A model generated the notes under the pieces. That model did not search any database. It saw only the letters and a list, made by a program, of their open reading frames with translations, and was not told where the DNA came from. From assembly GCA_036490015.1 (NCBI GenBank), contig DASXER010000076.1:9480-73479 (forward strand): a stretch of 64,000 nucleotides of DNA, written 5' to 3'. This DNA is from Solirubrobacteraceae bacterium. Its GTDB lineage: Bacteria > Actinomycetota > Thermoleophilia > Solirubrobacterales > Solirubrobacteraceae. Below, one piece after another: positions 37,695 through 47,200 of the stretch. Made by a program: the position numbers and the translations under genes. Each line of letters begins with the position of its first letter. Positions within the stretch are counted from its first letter, which is position 1.

Positions 37695-38579
37695 TCAGCC
37701 GTCTCCCCCGGCGCGTGGTCTGAGACGCGCGAAGATCGGCTCCCACGGGAGCTGGAGCAGGCGCGTGAGTCCCCAGCGCGGCTTCGCGTGTGGCTTGCTG
37801 ACGAGCGACACGCTCGCGGAGGCGATCAGCCGGTTGGCCTGGATCGGGAAGCCGGTGCGCAGGCTCGCGAGGTCCGGCGTCGCGGCGGGCGAGCCGGCCA
37901 GGTCGAGGATCGCCTGCAGCACACGCTCCGGCTCGGCGAGGAAGTCCTCGTGGCGCACGAACAGCCGTCGCGTGCGCGGCGTGCGCAGGAACACCCCCAG
38001 CGACAGGACGTGCGTCAGCCAGATGTCGAGGTTCTTGGACAGCACGCGCGCGAAGCGCTCGGCCAGCGCGTGGCGGTTCATGAAGCGCGTGAAGGAATGC
38101 ACGACCTGCTCGGGGTCGCGCACCAGGAAGATCAGGTGCAGGTCGATCCCGTCGAGGCGTTTCAGCTCGCGCGCACGCAGCGGGAAGTGCGCGGTGTCGA
38201 TGACGTAGGGGGCATCGGACACGTTTGCGAGCGCTTCATACAGCTGCGTCGTGACGCGCGCCCACTCGCCCCGCAGCTTCCGCCGCACGCCGTAGCTCTC
38301 CGGGCGCAGCGCCGCCGACGCCCGTTCGAGATGGGTCTGGGACGCGGTGCCGAACAGCTCCTCTGGATTCGCGACGCGCTTGCGCACCTCGCTCCAGAAG
38401 CGTGTGCGCTCGGTCCCGCCCAGCACCGAGGTGCCCGAGCGCGTCAGCCAGTTGTCGAGCTCACCGGCGTAGACGAAGCCGTCACAGTTGCCAAGCGTGA
38501 GGCCGAGGATCGTGCTGCCGCTGTGGCCCGAGCCCATCACGTAGACGACCTGCGGTCTCGCTGGAGCGGGCTGCGCCAT
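37695..38579 (-). CDS. PAPS-dependent sulfotransferase (type B, paralog 2)
   Basis: VVYVMGSGHSGSTILG, AGELD, LVRDP and VRHEDFLAEPE. Clear paralog of 27645-28610. Confidence 0.85.
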   Translation of the reverse strand: MAQPAPARPQVVYVMGSGHSGSTILGLTLGNCDGFVYAGELDNWLTRSGTSVLGGTERTRFWSEVRKRVANPEELFGTASQTHLERASAALRPESYGVRRKLRGEWARVTTQLYEALANVSDAPYVIDTAHFPLRARELKRLDGIDLHLIFLVRDPEQVVHSFTRFMNRHALAERFARVLSKNLDIWLTHVLSLGVFLRTPRTRRLFVRHEDFLAEPERVLQAILDLAGSPAATPDLASLRTGFPIQANRLIASASVSLVSKPHAKPRWGLTRLLQLPWEPIFARLRPRAGGDG

Positions 38580-38615
38580 CGGGCGGCGAAGCCTAACAGC
38601 GCGCCCTTCCCGGGA

Positions 38616-41198
38616 TCAGAACTGCAGCGTCAACAGGCGCGGGTAGTCGGTCGCCGCGACTTCGAAGGTGGCGCTCGGGCCTTCGCGTGACACGAGCTGC
38701 GCCGGCACGCTTTCGTCGCGCAGCGGGTCGTACTCGGACACGGTCGGCGTGGCGCCGCCTTCGGGCAGGTTGCCGAGCGTGACGCGGAAGGTCTCGTTCG
38801 GCAGGTCGTAGCGCTCGACATCGCTCGCGGGCTGGGACGGTTCGTAGAGCGTGAGCAGGTCGCGCGTCATCACGTAGACCGGGATCACGAAGCGGGTGGG
38901 GGAGGACTGGAAAGGGAACACCGCCAGCGCTTCGCGGTCGTACAGCGACGGATGCGCCGCGCCGCCGTCGCCGGCGAACTGCGCGTGTTCGCCCTGCTGG
39001 ACGATCGACTGCAGCGTCAGCTGGCGCGTGGTGCCGCTCGGGCCGGGGCCTTGCAGGCGGGCGAGCAGGTCGCGGAAGCCGGTTAGCGTTTCGCCGCCTG
39101 CGTTGTCGCCTGGATACGTGTTCGGGTGCGCTTCGAGCGCCGCCACGAATGACGGGCTGACGATGTTGAGCGCGCCGCTCTTGGTCTGCGAGGCGTGGTA
39201 GACGTAGTCGCGCGCGAAGCCCTTGCCGACCATCGCGACGATGTCTCGCAGCAGCGCCTTGGCCTGGAAGTGCGCGCGGTCGGCGGCGCTCAGCGTGACG
39301 CCGCCCTCGGGCGTGACGCCGTCGGGCGCCATCGGCACGCCGCGGCCGGGGGCCATGTTGAACTCGGTGATCCACTTCTGCGGCGGTGTGCCACCGGCTG
39401 GGCCGACGAAGCGCCCGTGCGGGAAGCCGTACACGTACGTCGTGAAGGGCGCGACGTCGCGCAGCAGGTCCTCGCTCCAGTTGCCGCTGATCGTGAACTC
39501 GGGCATCAGCGACTGGTAGGTGGGGGTGAACAGCGGCGCGAGGCTGTTGGTCGTTGTGTCGCGATTGCCGAGCGCGTCGACTGGCGTGGTCTGGCGGCCG
39601 TTGTAGGCGGCCGGGTAGCTCTTGGCGCCGACATAGGGGTGCTTGCTGAGGGCGGTCAGGCCGACCGGGGCGTTGGCGCCGCTCGGGAAGGGCGTCTGGC
39701 TGGCGAAGCCGTCGGTGACGCCGACCGAGGCAGAAAGGCCGTTGGCGGGGTTGCGCACGTAGGCCACGGTCGCCGCCAGGATCGCCCTGCGGATCGCCTT
39801 GCTGGTGGCCTTTTTCGTGGCCTTGGTCGCCGGGCCGGCGGGCTCGTAGTGTTCGATGTTCAGGTACTGCGAGCCGAACGACAGCTCGTTCCAGACCTCG
39901 AGGTCGAAGCCGCCCGCCCCGAGCACGGAGGCCGCCTCGTGGCTGACCGCGCCGACGTACTGCAGCCAGCCGTTGAGGGTTTCCTGGAAGACGGGGTTGG
40001 GTTCGCCGCCCGGCAGCGTCGGGCTCTCGAACGGGACGTAGCGCAGCGTCGTGCCTCCGTGCGCGCCGGCCGGCAGCGCTTGCTCCAGCGGCCGCGAGAG
40101 GGTCGCGACGCCGCTCGGGCCGACGGATGTGATCAGCACGTCTGGCGAGCCTCCGAACGCGAGGCCGTCGAAGCCGGTCTTCCACGGCACGACTTCCGCG
40201 GCGCTCGCGGCGCTCAGCTGCACGGTCTGTGCGCCGGCGGCGGCTGGAGCCGTGGTTTGGAGGCTCACGCGGATCGACGGGCTGGGCGCCTGGCTGTCGG
40301 CGTCGAGCACGATCAGCGGACGCAAGCCGTGTTCGCGCAGTAGTTCCAGGGCCGCCGCGATCTTGCCGGGATCGCGTAGCTGGTTCGGGTGTTCGTAGGA
40401 GATCGCGTCCCAGAAGATGCCTTTGCGGGCCAGCTTGAAGCCGCTGTCGCCCAGCAGCTGGGCGATCGCGCGCGCGTCCGAGCCGCTGCCCGTGAAGTTG
40501 ACGCCGATCGCGTTCAGCAGGCGCGAGGCGGGCCACGTGTCGAGGTACGCGCGCCACGGCTGGATCCAGAACGAGGTGGTGCCGAACGGCAGGTAGGTGA
40601 GGAAGCGCGGGTCGATCGCGTCGGTCAGCGCTTCGCCGCCCGCGAGCGAGGGAAGTTCGCCCGCGTATTTGCGCTGCGTGTGCGGACCGGGGATTTCGGA
40701 GTATTCGCCGTGGACTTCTTCTTCGCTTGGCGCTTCGCTCGTCGTTTCTTCGGATTCGCCGGCTTCTTCGCTTTCTTCCTCGCCGGTCAGAAGGGGGTTG
40801 ACTTCGGATTCTTCTTCGCTGTCGAAGCCCGCCGGTTCGTCGGCGAGTTCCGGGCCTTCTTCGAGCGCTTCGCGCGACGAGGCTCCGCTGCCTCGGGGCG
40901 CCGGAGATTTGGCGGGCGCGCTCGCTGGCGGGCTCTGCGGCGAAGGCCCCGGGCTAGAGGAGGAGGAGCCCTTCGGGGCTTTGCTCGCGGCTTTGCGTGA
41001 GCTGGTGCTCCGGGTGGCAGCCTTCTTGCGCTGCTTCAGCCGCGTGCTCGTGCGCTCGATGCTCTTGCGCGAGGCACGCTGACCGCCTCGGCCACGCGCC
41101 GCCAGGGCAGCGGTGCCGCCCAGCAGGCAGGCCAGCGCCAGGATCAGGGCGCCGATGCTCAGCGCAAGACGGGATCGGGGATGCCTCGACGGGCGCAT
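38616..41198 (-). CDS. Exported clan GH-A-like glycoside hydrolase with a basic then acidic disordered N-terminal linker
   Basis: GGAG SD before the ATG at 41198; signal peptide; AIGVNF, EVWNEL (acid/base), SKHPY and KWITEFN (nucleophile). Confidence 0.7.
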   Translation of the reverse strand: MRPSRHPRSRLALSIGALILALACLLGGTAALAARGRGGQRASRKSIERTSTRLKQRKKAATRSTSSRKAASKAPKGSSSSSPGPSPQSPPASAPAKSPAPRGSGASSREALEEGPELADEPAGFDSEEESEVNPLLTGEEESEEAGESEETTSEAPSEEEVHGEYSEIPGPHTQRKYAGELPSLAGGEALTDAIDPRFLTYLPFGTTSFWIQPWRAYLDTWPASRLLNAIGVNFTGSGSDARAIAQLLGDSGFKLARKGIFWDAISYEHPNQLRDPGKIAAALELLREHGLRPLIVLDADSQAPSPSIRVSLQTTAPAAAGAQTVQLSAASAAEVVPWKTGFDGLAFGGSPDVLITSVGPSGVATLSRPLEQALPAGAHGGTTLRYVPFESPTLPGGEPNPVFQETLNGWLQYVGAVSHEAASVLGAGGFDLEVWNELSFGSQYLNIEHYEPAGPATKATKKATSKAIRRAILAATVAYVRNPANGLSASVGVTDGFASQTPFPSGANAPVGLTALSKHPYVGAKSYPAAYNGRQTTPVDALGNRDTTTNSLAPLFTPTYQSLMPEFTISGNWSEDLLRDVAPFTTYVYGFPHGRFVGPAGGTPPQKWITEFNMAPGRGVPMAPDGVTPEGGVTLSAADRAHFQAKALLRDIVAMVGKGFARDYVYHASQTKSGALNIVSPSFVAALEAHPNTYPGDNAGGETLTGFRDLLARLQGPGPSGTTRQLTLQSIVQQGEHAQFAGDGGAAHPSLYDREALAVFPFQSSPTRFVIPVYVMTRDLLTLYEPSQPASDVERYDLPNETFRVTLGNLPEGGATPTVSEYDPLRDESVPAQLVSREGPSATFEVAATDYPRLLTLQF

Positions 41199-41361
41199 TT
41201 CGCTCCTTGCTGGATGACGCGGAGAAAGGCGGGGAATCGACGGAGCGGGGCCCTCTTTCACCGCCCGTGCTGTCGGTGGATCGGAGGGGCTGGACGCCAG
41301 CTTGAGCCCCGCGCGGCGGCTGCGGACGTTTCGTTGCGCGCGGTGCGCCGACCGTCTGTTC

Positions 41362-41389
41362 TTGACAATCAGTGCGCGCAACCTAAAGT
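41362..41389 (+). promoter_or_regulatory. Sigma70-type promoter for cysD-cysNC
   Basis: TTGACA (41362-41367), 16 nt spacer, TAAAGT (41384-41389). Confidence 0.6.
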
Positions 41390-41447
41390 TCACAGCCGGG
41401 GAGGCGCAAACAGCGAACCTGCCACGAGCCATTTAGGACTCGCACGG

Positions 41448-42359
41448 ATGCCCACGACCTACCACCTATCCCACCTGCGCACTCTGGAGTCAGAGGCGAT
41501 CCAGGTGATGCGCGAGACAGTCGCCGAATTCGAGCGTCCCGTGCTGCTGTTCAGCGGTGGCAAGGACTCGATCGTGCTGCTGCGCCTAGCCGAGAAGGCG
41601 TTTCGCCCGGCGCCGTTCCCGTTCCCGCTGATGCACGTCGACACGGGCCACAACTTCGGCGAGGCGATCGAGTTCCGCGACCGCCGCGTGCGCGAACTCG
41701 GCGAGCGCCTGGTCGTCGCATCCGTCGAGGACTCGATCCGCGCCGGCAGGGTCGTCGAGGACACCGGCCCTCGCGCGTCGCGCAACGGGCTGCAGACGGT
41801 CACGTTGCTCGACGCGATCACCGAGCACAAATTCGACGCGGCCTTCGGCGGCGCGCGCCGCGACGAGGAGCGCGCGCGGGCCAAGGAGCGCATCCTCTCG
41901 TTCCGCGATCAGTACGGCCAGTGGGAGCCGCAGCGCCAGCGACCGGAGCTTTGGAGTCTCTACAATGGCCGTATCCGCAAGGGCGAGCACGCACGCGTCT
42001 TCCCGATCTCGAACTGGACAGAGCTCGACGTGTGGCAGTACATCGCCGAGGAGGGTCTCGAGGTGCCATCGATCTACTTCGCACACGACCGCGAGGTCTT
42101 CGCGCGCGACGGGATGCTCTACGCGGTCAGTCCGTTCATCGAGATGATCGACGGCGAGACGCCCTTCATGGCCAAGGTTCGTTACCGCACCGTGGGCGAC
42201 ATGAGCTGTACCGGGGCGGTCGAGTCTGACGCCGCCACGCTCGAGCAGGTGGTCGCCGAGATCGCCGCCACGGAGATCACCGAGCGCGGCCAGACGCGCG
42301 CCGACGATCGCGTGACCGAGGCCGCGATGGAGGACCGCAAGCGGCAGGGCTACTTCTGA
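41448..42359 (+). CDS. cysD: Sulfate adenylyltransferase subunit 2
   Basis: LFSGGKDS, HVDTGHNF, GGARRDEERARAKER, RVFPISNWTELDVW and MEDRKRQGYF. Confidence 0.97.
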   Translation: MPTTYHLSHLRTLESEAIQVMRETVAEFERPVLLFSGGKDSIVLLRLAEKAFRPAPFPFPLMHVDTGHNFGEAIEFRDRRVRELGERLVVASVEDSIRAGRVVEDTGPRASRNGLQTVTLLDAITEHKFDAAFGGARRDEERARAKERILSFRDQYGQWEPQRQRPELWSLYNGRIRKGEHARVFPISNWTELDVWQYIAEEGLEVPSIYFAHDREVFARDGMLYAVSPFIEMIDGETPFMAKVRYRTVGDMSCTGAVESDAATLEQVVAEIAATEITERGQTRADDRVTEAAMEDRKRQGYF

Positions 42360-44353
42360 TGGCTACCTCACCCGAGAACAACGGCAACGGCAACGGCCAC
42401 GTGCAGGTGATCGACACCGCCCCCGCGGAGACCGCCGCGGAGGTCTTCCGCCGCCTCAGCGAGCGCCCGGCCGAGCTGCTTCGCTTCGCCACGGCCGGCT
42501 CGGTCGACGACGGCAAGAGCACGCTGATCGGCCGCCTGCTGTACGACTCCAAGCAGGTGCTGGCCGACCAGCTCGAACACGTCGAGAAGACGAGCGAGCG
42601 CATGGGGCACAACTTCCTCGACCTGTCGCTGCTGACCGACGGCCTGCGCGCCGAGCGCGAGCAGGGCATCACGATCGACGTCGCCTACCGCTACTTCGCG
42701 ACCGCCCAGCGCCGCTTCATCATCGCCGACACACCCGGCCACGAGCAGTACACGCGCAACATGGTCACCGGAGCCTCGACGGCCGACCTCGCGATCGTGC
42801 TCGTCGACGCGCGCAAGGGCGTGATCGCGCAATCCAAGCGCCACGCCTTCATCAGCTCGCTGCTCGGGATTCCGCACCTGGTCGTGGCGGTCAACAAGAT
42901 GGACCTGGTCGACTACGACGAGGCGGTGTTCGACACGATCGTCGACGAGTTCGACCGCTTCGCGGCGCGCCTCGAAGTCCCGGACGTGACCTTCATCCCG
43001 ATCTCGGCGCTGCACGGCGACAACGTCGTCGAGCGCTCGGAGAAGATGGCCTGGTATCAGGGTCCGCCGCTGCTGTACCACCTGGAGCACGTCCACATCG
43101 CCTCCGACCGCAACCTGATCGACGTGCGCTTCCCGGTGCAGTGGGTGATCCGCCCGCCCGCCTCGAGCGTGGCCGACTACCGCGCCTACGCGGGCCAGGT
43201 CGCCGGTGGCGTGATGCGTCCCGGCGACGAGGTCGTGGTGCTGCCGGGCGGCCAGCGCTCGACGATCGAGGGCATCGACACGTTCGACGGGCCAGTCGCG
43301 GAGGCGTTCCCGCCGATGTCGGTCGCCGTACGCCTGGCCGACGACATCGACGTCAGCCGCGGCTCGACGATCGTGCGCACCAACAACCAGCCGACGGTCG
43401 CCAACAGGCTGGAGTGCCTGATGTGTTGGATGTCCGAGCAGCCGCTCAGCCCGACGCGTCGCTACCTGGTCAAGCACACGACGCGTACGGCGATGGTCGG
43501 CGCGATCGACGTCCGCTACAAGATCGACGTCGAGACGTTGCACCGCGACGAGAGCGCGCGCGACCTGGAGCTGAACGACCTCGGCCGCGTGCACATCGAA
43601 GTCAGCGCCCCGCTGGCCTTCGATCCCTACCGGCGCAATCGCGTCACCGGCAGCCTGATCCTGATCGACGAGGCGAGCAACGAAACCGTCGCCGCTGGCG
43701 TGATCCTCGACGCGGAGGTCGAGGACGACGAGGCGGTCAAGACCGAGCGCAGCCCGAACGTTCGCTGGCAGGGCACGCGCATGACGCGCGAGCGACGCTG
43801 GAGCGCCCTCGGCCACAGCGGCGCGACCGTCTGGTTCACCGGCCTGCCGGGCGCCGGCAAGTCGACGATCGCCTCGGCCGTCGAGGAGCGCCTGATCGAC
43901 GGTGGCCGGGTCGCCTTTCTGCTCGACGGCGACAACCTGCGCCACGGGCTCAACGGCGACCTCGGCTTCGACGAGATCGCGCGGCGCGAGAACGTGCGCC
44001 GCACGGCCCACGTCGCGCGGCTGCTGGCCGAGTCCGGCACGATCGCGCTCGTGAGCCTCGTCAGCCCTTACGCGGCTGACCGCGACGCGGCCGCCAAGCT
44101 GCACGCCGCCGACGAGCTCGACTTCCTAGAGGTGTTCGTCGACGCGCCGCTGGAGCTGTGCGAGCAGCGCGACCCGAAGGGGCTCTATGCCCGCGCCCGC
44201 GCGGGGGAGCTGACTGGTCTGACCGGCGTCGGCGCGCCGTACGAGGCGCCCGCCGACCCGGCGCTCGTGCTGACGGCCGACGGTAGCCCCGTCGAGCAGC
44301 AGGTCGAGCGCGTGCTCGAGTTGCTCGCCGCACGCGGCATCGTCACCCGCTGA
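42359..44353 (+). CDS. cysNC: Bifunctional sulfate adenylyltransferase subunit 1 / adenylyl-sulfate kinase
   Basis: TAGSVDDGKSTLIGRLL, AEREQGITIDVAY, DTPGHEQY and VNKMD; C-terminal WFTGLPGAGKST, LDGDNLRHGL and RDPKGLY. Confidence 0.97.
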   Translation: MATSPENNGNGNGHVQVIDTAPAETAAEVFRRLSERPAELLRFATAGSVDDGKSTLIGRLLYDSKQVLADQLEHVEKTSERMGHNFLDLSLLTDGLRAEREQGITIDVAYRYFATAQRRFIIADTPGHEQYTRNMVTGASTADLAIVLVDARKGVIAQSKRHAFISSLLGIPHLVVAVNKMDLVDYDEAVFDTIVDEFDRFAARLEVPDVTFIPISALHGDNVVERSEKMAWYQGPPLLYHLEHVHIASDRNLIDVRFPVQWVIRPPASSVADYRAYAGQVAGGVMRPGDEVVVLPGGQRSTIEGIDTFDGPVAEAFPPMSVAVRLADDIDVSRGSTIVRTNNQPTVANRLECLMCWMSEQPLSPTRRYLVKHTTRTAMVGAIDVRYKIDVETLHRDESARDLELNDLGRVHIEVSAPLAFDPYRRNRVTGSLILIDEASNETVAAGVILDAEVEDDEAVKTERSPNVRWQGTRMTRERRWSALGHSGATVWFTGLPGAGKSTIASAVEERLIDGGRVAFLLDGDNLRHGLNGDLGFDEIARRENVRRTAHVARLLAESGTIALVSLVSPYAADRDAAAKLHAADELDFLEVFVDAPLELCEQRDPKGLYARARAGELTGLTGVGAPYEAPADPALVLTADGSPVEQQVERVLELLAARGIVTR

Positions 44354-44373
44354 GCCTCGCCGCAGGCTCAGCG
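44348..44373. terminator. GC-rich hairpin between convergent genes (possible terminator without a U-tract)
   Basis: CGCTGAGCCT-CGCCGC-AGGCTCAGCG, a perfect 10-bp stem. Confidence 0.5.
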
Positions 44374-44389
44374 CTCAGCACGGGCTCGC

Positions 44390-45466
44390 TCAGTGCTTGT
44401 GGCGATGGTGGCGCTGCGCTCCGGGCGCCGCCTTGAGCACGACTGTCTGGGCGCTGTAGCCGGACACCATCCCGGCTTTCTTTACCACCACGTACGCGCG
44501 GTAGCGACCCGCCTTGGCGATCCGCTCGATCGCGCTGAAGCGCGAGAACGAGTTGGTCGCGTGCTTGAGCGTGGTGCCGAACTGGCTGACGTAGTGGGGG
44601 CCCTTTTCTTCCGCTCGTTCTTCGGCCTTTTCCGATTTGAAGACCTTGTGCTTCTGCGGCTTGGAGATCTGGAAGAACACTTTCGCGCCGCTCATGGCCG
44701 GTGAGACCGTGCCGTACAGGCGCACCACGCCGGTGTGCGACGAGGTGCGCACGTGCAGCGTGACCTTCGGTGCCACGAGCACGGTGACGGTCGAGCTGTA
44801 GACCGGGCGCGGGTCGAGCGTCGCGACACGGTACTCGCTGCTCGTCGTCAGTTTGCTCACGGTGAGGGAGTAGCGTCCCGTCGCGCTCGCGATCTGAGTG
44901 GGGGTGACGTCCACGAACGGCTGCGTGTAGGGATACGGGCTGGCCTGCAGCACGACGGTGTGGTTGGCGGCGCCGGCTCCCGTCAGCGTGCCGCTGATGA
45001 CGAGCGTGCCTCCGAGCACGTGCTGTCCGGTCGGCTTGTTGATCGCGACCTTCAGCTTGGTCGGCTGGATCGTGTAGATGTGGTCCTTGCCTTCGACCGT
45101 GCCGAGGCTGTTGAGGGCGACGAGGCGGTAGTGCCAGTTCGGCTGCACGCCGACGACCGGCGTGCCGACCTTGATCGGCAGCGCGCCGGCGGCCAGCGTC
45201 TTGACCGCGCTCTCGGAGCCGTAGGCAAGCGTCGGGCCGTACTGGAAGAAGTATTCGGTGGCCAGGCCGCCGGGGTTGACCGTGCCGTTGAGCGTCACGC
45301 TCGTGCCGCGCACGTTGTTGACGCCCCCGGTCGTGACGATCGGCGGGGTGGTCGTGGCGGCCGCGGAGGCGTTCGCCAGCAGCGAGGCGCCAGGGGAGAG
45401 CAGCGAGGCGACGCAAAGCAGCGCCATCAAGGGCGCGGTTCGCTTGGTGAATCTCGTTCGGCTCAT
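44390..45466 (-). CDS. Exported basic protein with Fn3/Ig-like domains
   Basis: Signal peptide; VTLNGTVNPGG...YFFQYG...HYRLVA (Fn3-like); further beta-sandwich units; ends RHHRHKH. GGGAGA SD upstream. Confidence 0.75.
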   Translation of the reverse strand: MSRTRFTKRTAPLMALLCVASLLSPGASLLANASAAATTTPPIVTTGGVNNVRGTSVTLNGTVNPGGLATEYFFQYGPTLAYGSESAVKTLAAGALPIKVGTPVVGVQPNWHYRLVALNSLGTVEGKDHIYTIQPTKLKVAINKPTGQHVLGGTLVISGTLTGAGAANHTVVLQASPYPYTQPFVDVTPTQIASATGRYSLTVSKLTTSSEYRVATLDPRPVYSSTVTVLVAPKVTLHVRTSSHTGVVRLYGTVSPAMSGAKVFFQISKPQKHKVFKSEKAEERAEEKGPHYVSQFGTTLKHATNSFSRFSAIERIAKAGRYRAYVVVKKAGMVSGYSAQTVVLKAAPGAQRHHRHKH

Positions 45467-45712
45467 GATCTGCGGTCTCTCCCTGTGTCGTCGTCCCTGA
45501 TCTGCTGTGCGCCCAGACCCACGCTCCGCATGGGCGCGGCCACTCTTATAAACCCTCGCGTACCGGTTTTGATGCGGTCGCGGAGCGTCAGTGTGGCCGA
45601 CGGCGCTCAATAGAGCGTAAACGCCAGCGCGCTCAGGTCCAAACGTCGCGAGCGGGCGAGCATCGGCGACGGTGCCGAGCCGCGCGAAAGCATCGCCGCT
45701 TAGCGGCAGCGC

Positions 45713-45734
45713 CTTCACAAGATCGTCACGTCGC
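45713..45734 (+). promoter_or_regulatory. PHO-box-like pair of 11-bp repeats upstream of the zinc-ribbon operon
   Basis: CTTCACAAGAT / CGTCACGTCGC; -10-like TAACGT at 45756-45761. Confidence 0.3.
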
Positions 45735-45818
45735 GAGCCTCGTGTGGCTCGACCATAACGTCCGGTACGAGGCACAGCCCCGAGTCTTTGCGTGGGCCCT
45801 GAGGGTCGCGTGAGGGGC

Positions 45819-46694
45819 GTGAGCACTGAGGCAGCCACCCTGTCCACGGAATCGATCGCCACTTCATCAGCCAATCCGACGGGCACGCAGAGCTGCACGG
45901 TCTGTGGCGCTCCGCTGGTGGCCGATCAGCGCTACTGCCTGCAGTGCGGCGAGCGGCGTGTGCCCGTCAGCAGCTTCCTGCGGGCCGGTCCTCCGACGGC
46001 CCCGTCACCGCCCAGCGCTCCTCCGATCCCACCGTCCTCGCGGCAGGGCGCCGGCCAGGGCGGCTTGGCCGCTCGCAATCCGGCGCTGACTTTGATCGCC
46101 GGCGTCGGCGTGCTGCTGCTGGCGATGGGCGTCGGCGTGCTGATCGGGCGTTCGAGCGCCCCGGCTCCGCGCTCCGCGCCCGCCCAGGTCGTGACGGTCG
46201 GCTCGACCGCCGGCAGCAGTCCCACGACGAGCAGCGAAGCCACCTTCACGAGCGACTGGCCCTCCGGCAAGAGCGGCTACGCCGTCCAGCTGCAGACGCT
46301 GGCGGAAAGCGGCACCACGGTCAGCCAGATAGAAGCCGCGAAGACCTCCGCGACGAGCAAGGGCGCAAGCGCCGTCGGGGCGCTCAAGAGCGAAGAATTC
46401 AGCAGCCTCACGGCAGGCGACTACATCGTCTACTCGGGTGAATACAGCAAGAAGGCCGAAGCGCAGAAAGCCCTCTCCAAGCTGAAGAAGAGCTTCCCCG
46501 CCGCGAAGGTGATCAAGATCGCCAACGGCTCGACGGGTGGCTCGGGCTCATCCAAAGCACGTTCGAGCAATCCCAACGACCACTCGAGCATCGAACACCC
46601 CGCGCCGCCCTCGGTGCTCGAAGGCGAGAGCAAAGCCAAGGGCAAGAGCTACGAGGAAAAGTCGGCCCAGCTCCCCAACGTCGTGGAAACATGA
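45819..46694 (+). CDS. Single-pass membrane protein: cytoplasmic zinc ribbon, TM, extracellular SPOR-like domain
   Basis: CTVCG...DQRYCLQCG, Pro linker, TM, then GYAVQLQT...YIVYSGEYSKKAEAQKALSKLKKSFPAA. Confidence 0.7.
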   Translation: MSTEAATLSTESIATSSANPTGTQSCTVCGAPLVADQRYCLQCGERRVPVSSFLRAGPPTAPSPPSAPPIPPSSRQGAGQGGLAARNPALTLIAGVGVLLLAMGVGVLIGRSSAPAPRSAPAQVVTVGSTAGSSPTTSSEATFTSDWPSGKSGYAVQLQTLAESGTTVSQIEAAKTSATSKGASAVGALKSEEFSSLTAGDYIVYSGEYSKKAEAQKALSKLKKSFPAAKVIKIANGSTGGSGSSKARSSNPNDHSSIEHPAPPSVLEGESKAKGKSYEEKSAQLPNVVET

Positions 46695-47197
46695 GCATCA
46701 CGCGCGACGAAGCCGGAGGAGGCAGCGGTCATCCCGCGCCGCCCGTGAGCGTCGCGTTGGCCGGCGCCGCGCCGACGCCTCCCGCACAGCCGGAGGGCGC
46801 CGAGACGCCCGGCCGCTCGGCGCTACGCCGCCGCCGCGACGAGCTCGCCGAACAGGTCGCCGAGCTGCACTGGGACCTGGGCGGTCTCGCCTACGAGATG
46901 GCGATCCGCGACCACTTCCGCCTCGACGTGCTCGTGCGCCGCGCGGCGTTGCTGCAGGAACGCGACGGGGAGCTGGCCGAGGTCGAGCGCCTGCTGCGAA
47001 TGGAGGAGGAGGCCGTGGCCGGCTCCTGCGGCTCCTGCGGCGCCCCGCACAGCCGCGGCGCGCTCTACTGCTGGCAGTGCGGCACGACGCTGATGGAGCG
47101 GTTGCCGAGCAGCGACGGCGCGGACACGCAGAGCCCCGAGGAGGGCCTGCGGGAGCTGCTCGCCGCCGCGAGCGAGAATCCGCTCGACCGGGAGTAG
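46691..47197 (+). CDS. Coiled-coil protein with a C-terminal zinc ribbon
   Basis: LRRRRDEL...WDLGGLAYEMAIRDHFRLDVL; CGSCG...YCWQCG. ATGA coupling to the upstream gene. Confidence 0.75.
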   Translation: MSITRDEAGGGSGHPAPPVSVALAGAAPTPPAQPEGAETPGRSALRRRRDELAEQVAELHWDLGGLAYEMAIRDHFRLDVLVRRAALLQERDGELAEVERLLRMEEEAVAGSCGSCGAPHSRGALYCWQCGTTLMERLPSSDGADTQSPEEGLRELLAAASENPLDRE

Positions 47198-47200
47198 GCG

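Noticed and set aside
41448-44353. cysD/cysNC as ordinary cysteine-biosynthesis genes
   Set aside because: No cysH, sulfite reductase or cysK nearby; the fused APS kinase and adjacent sulfotransferases favour PAPS supply. A dual role is not excluded.
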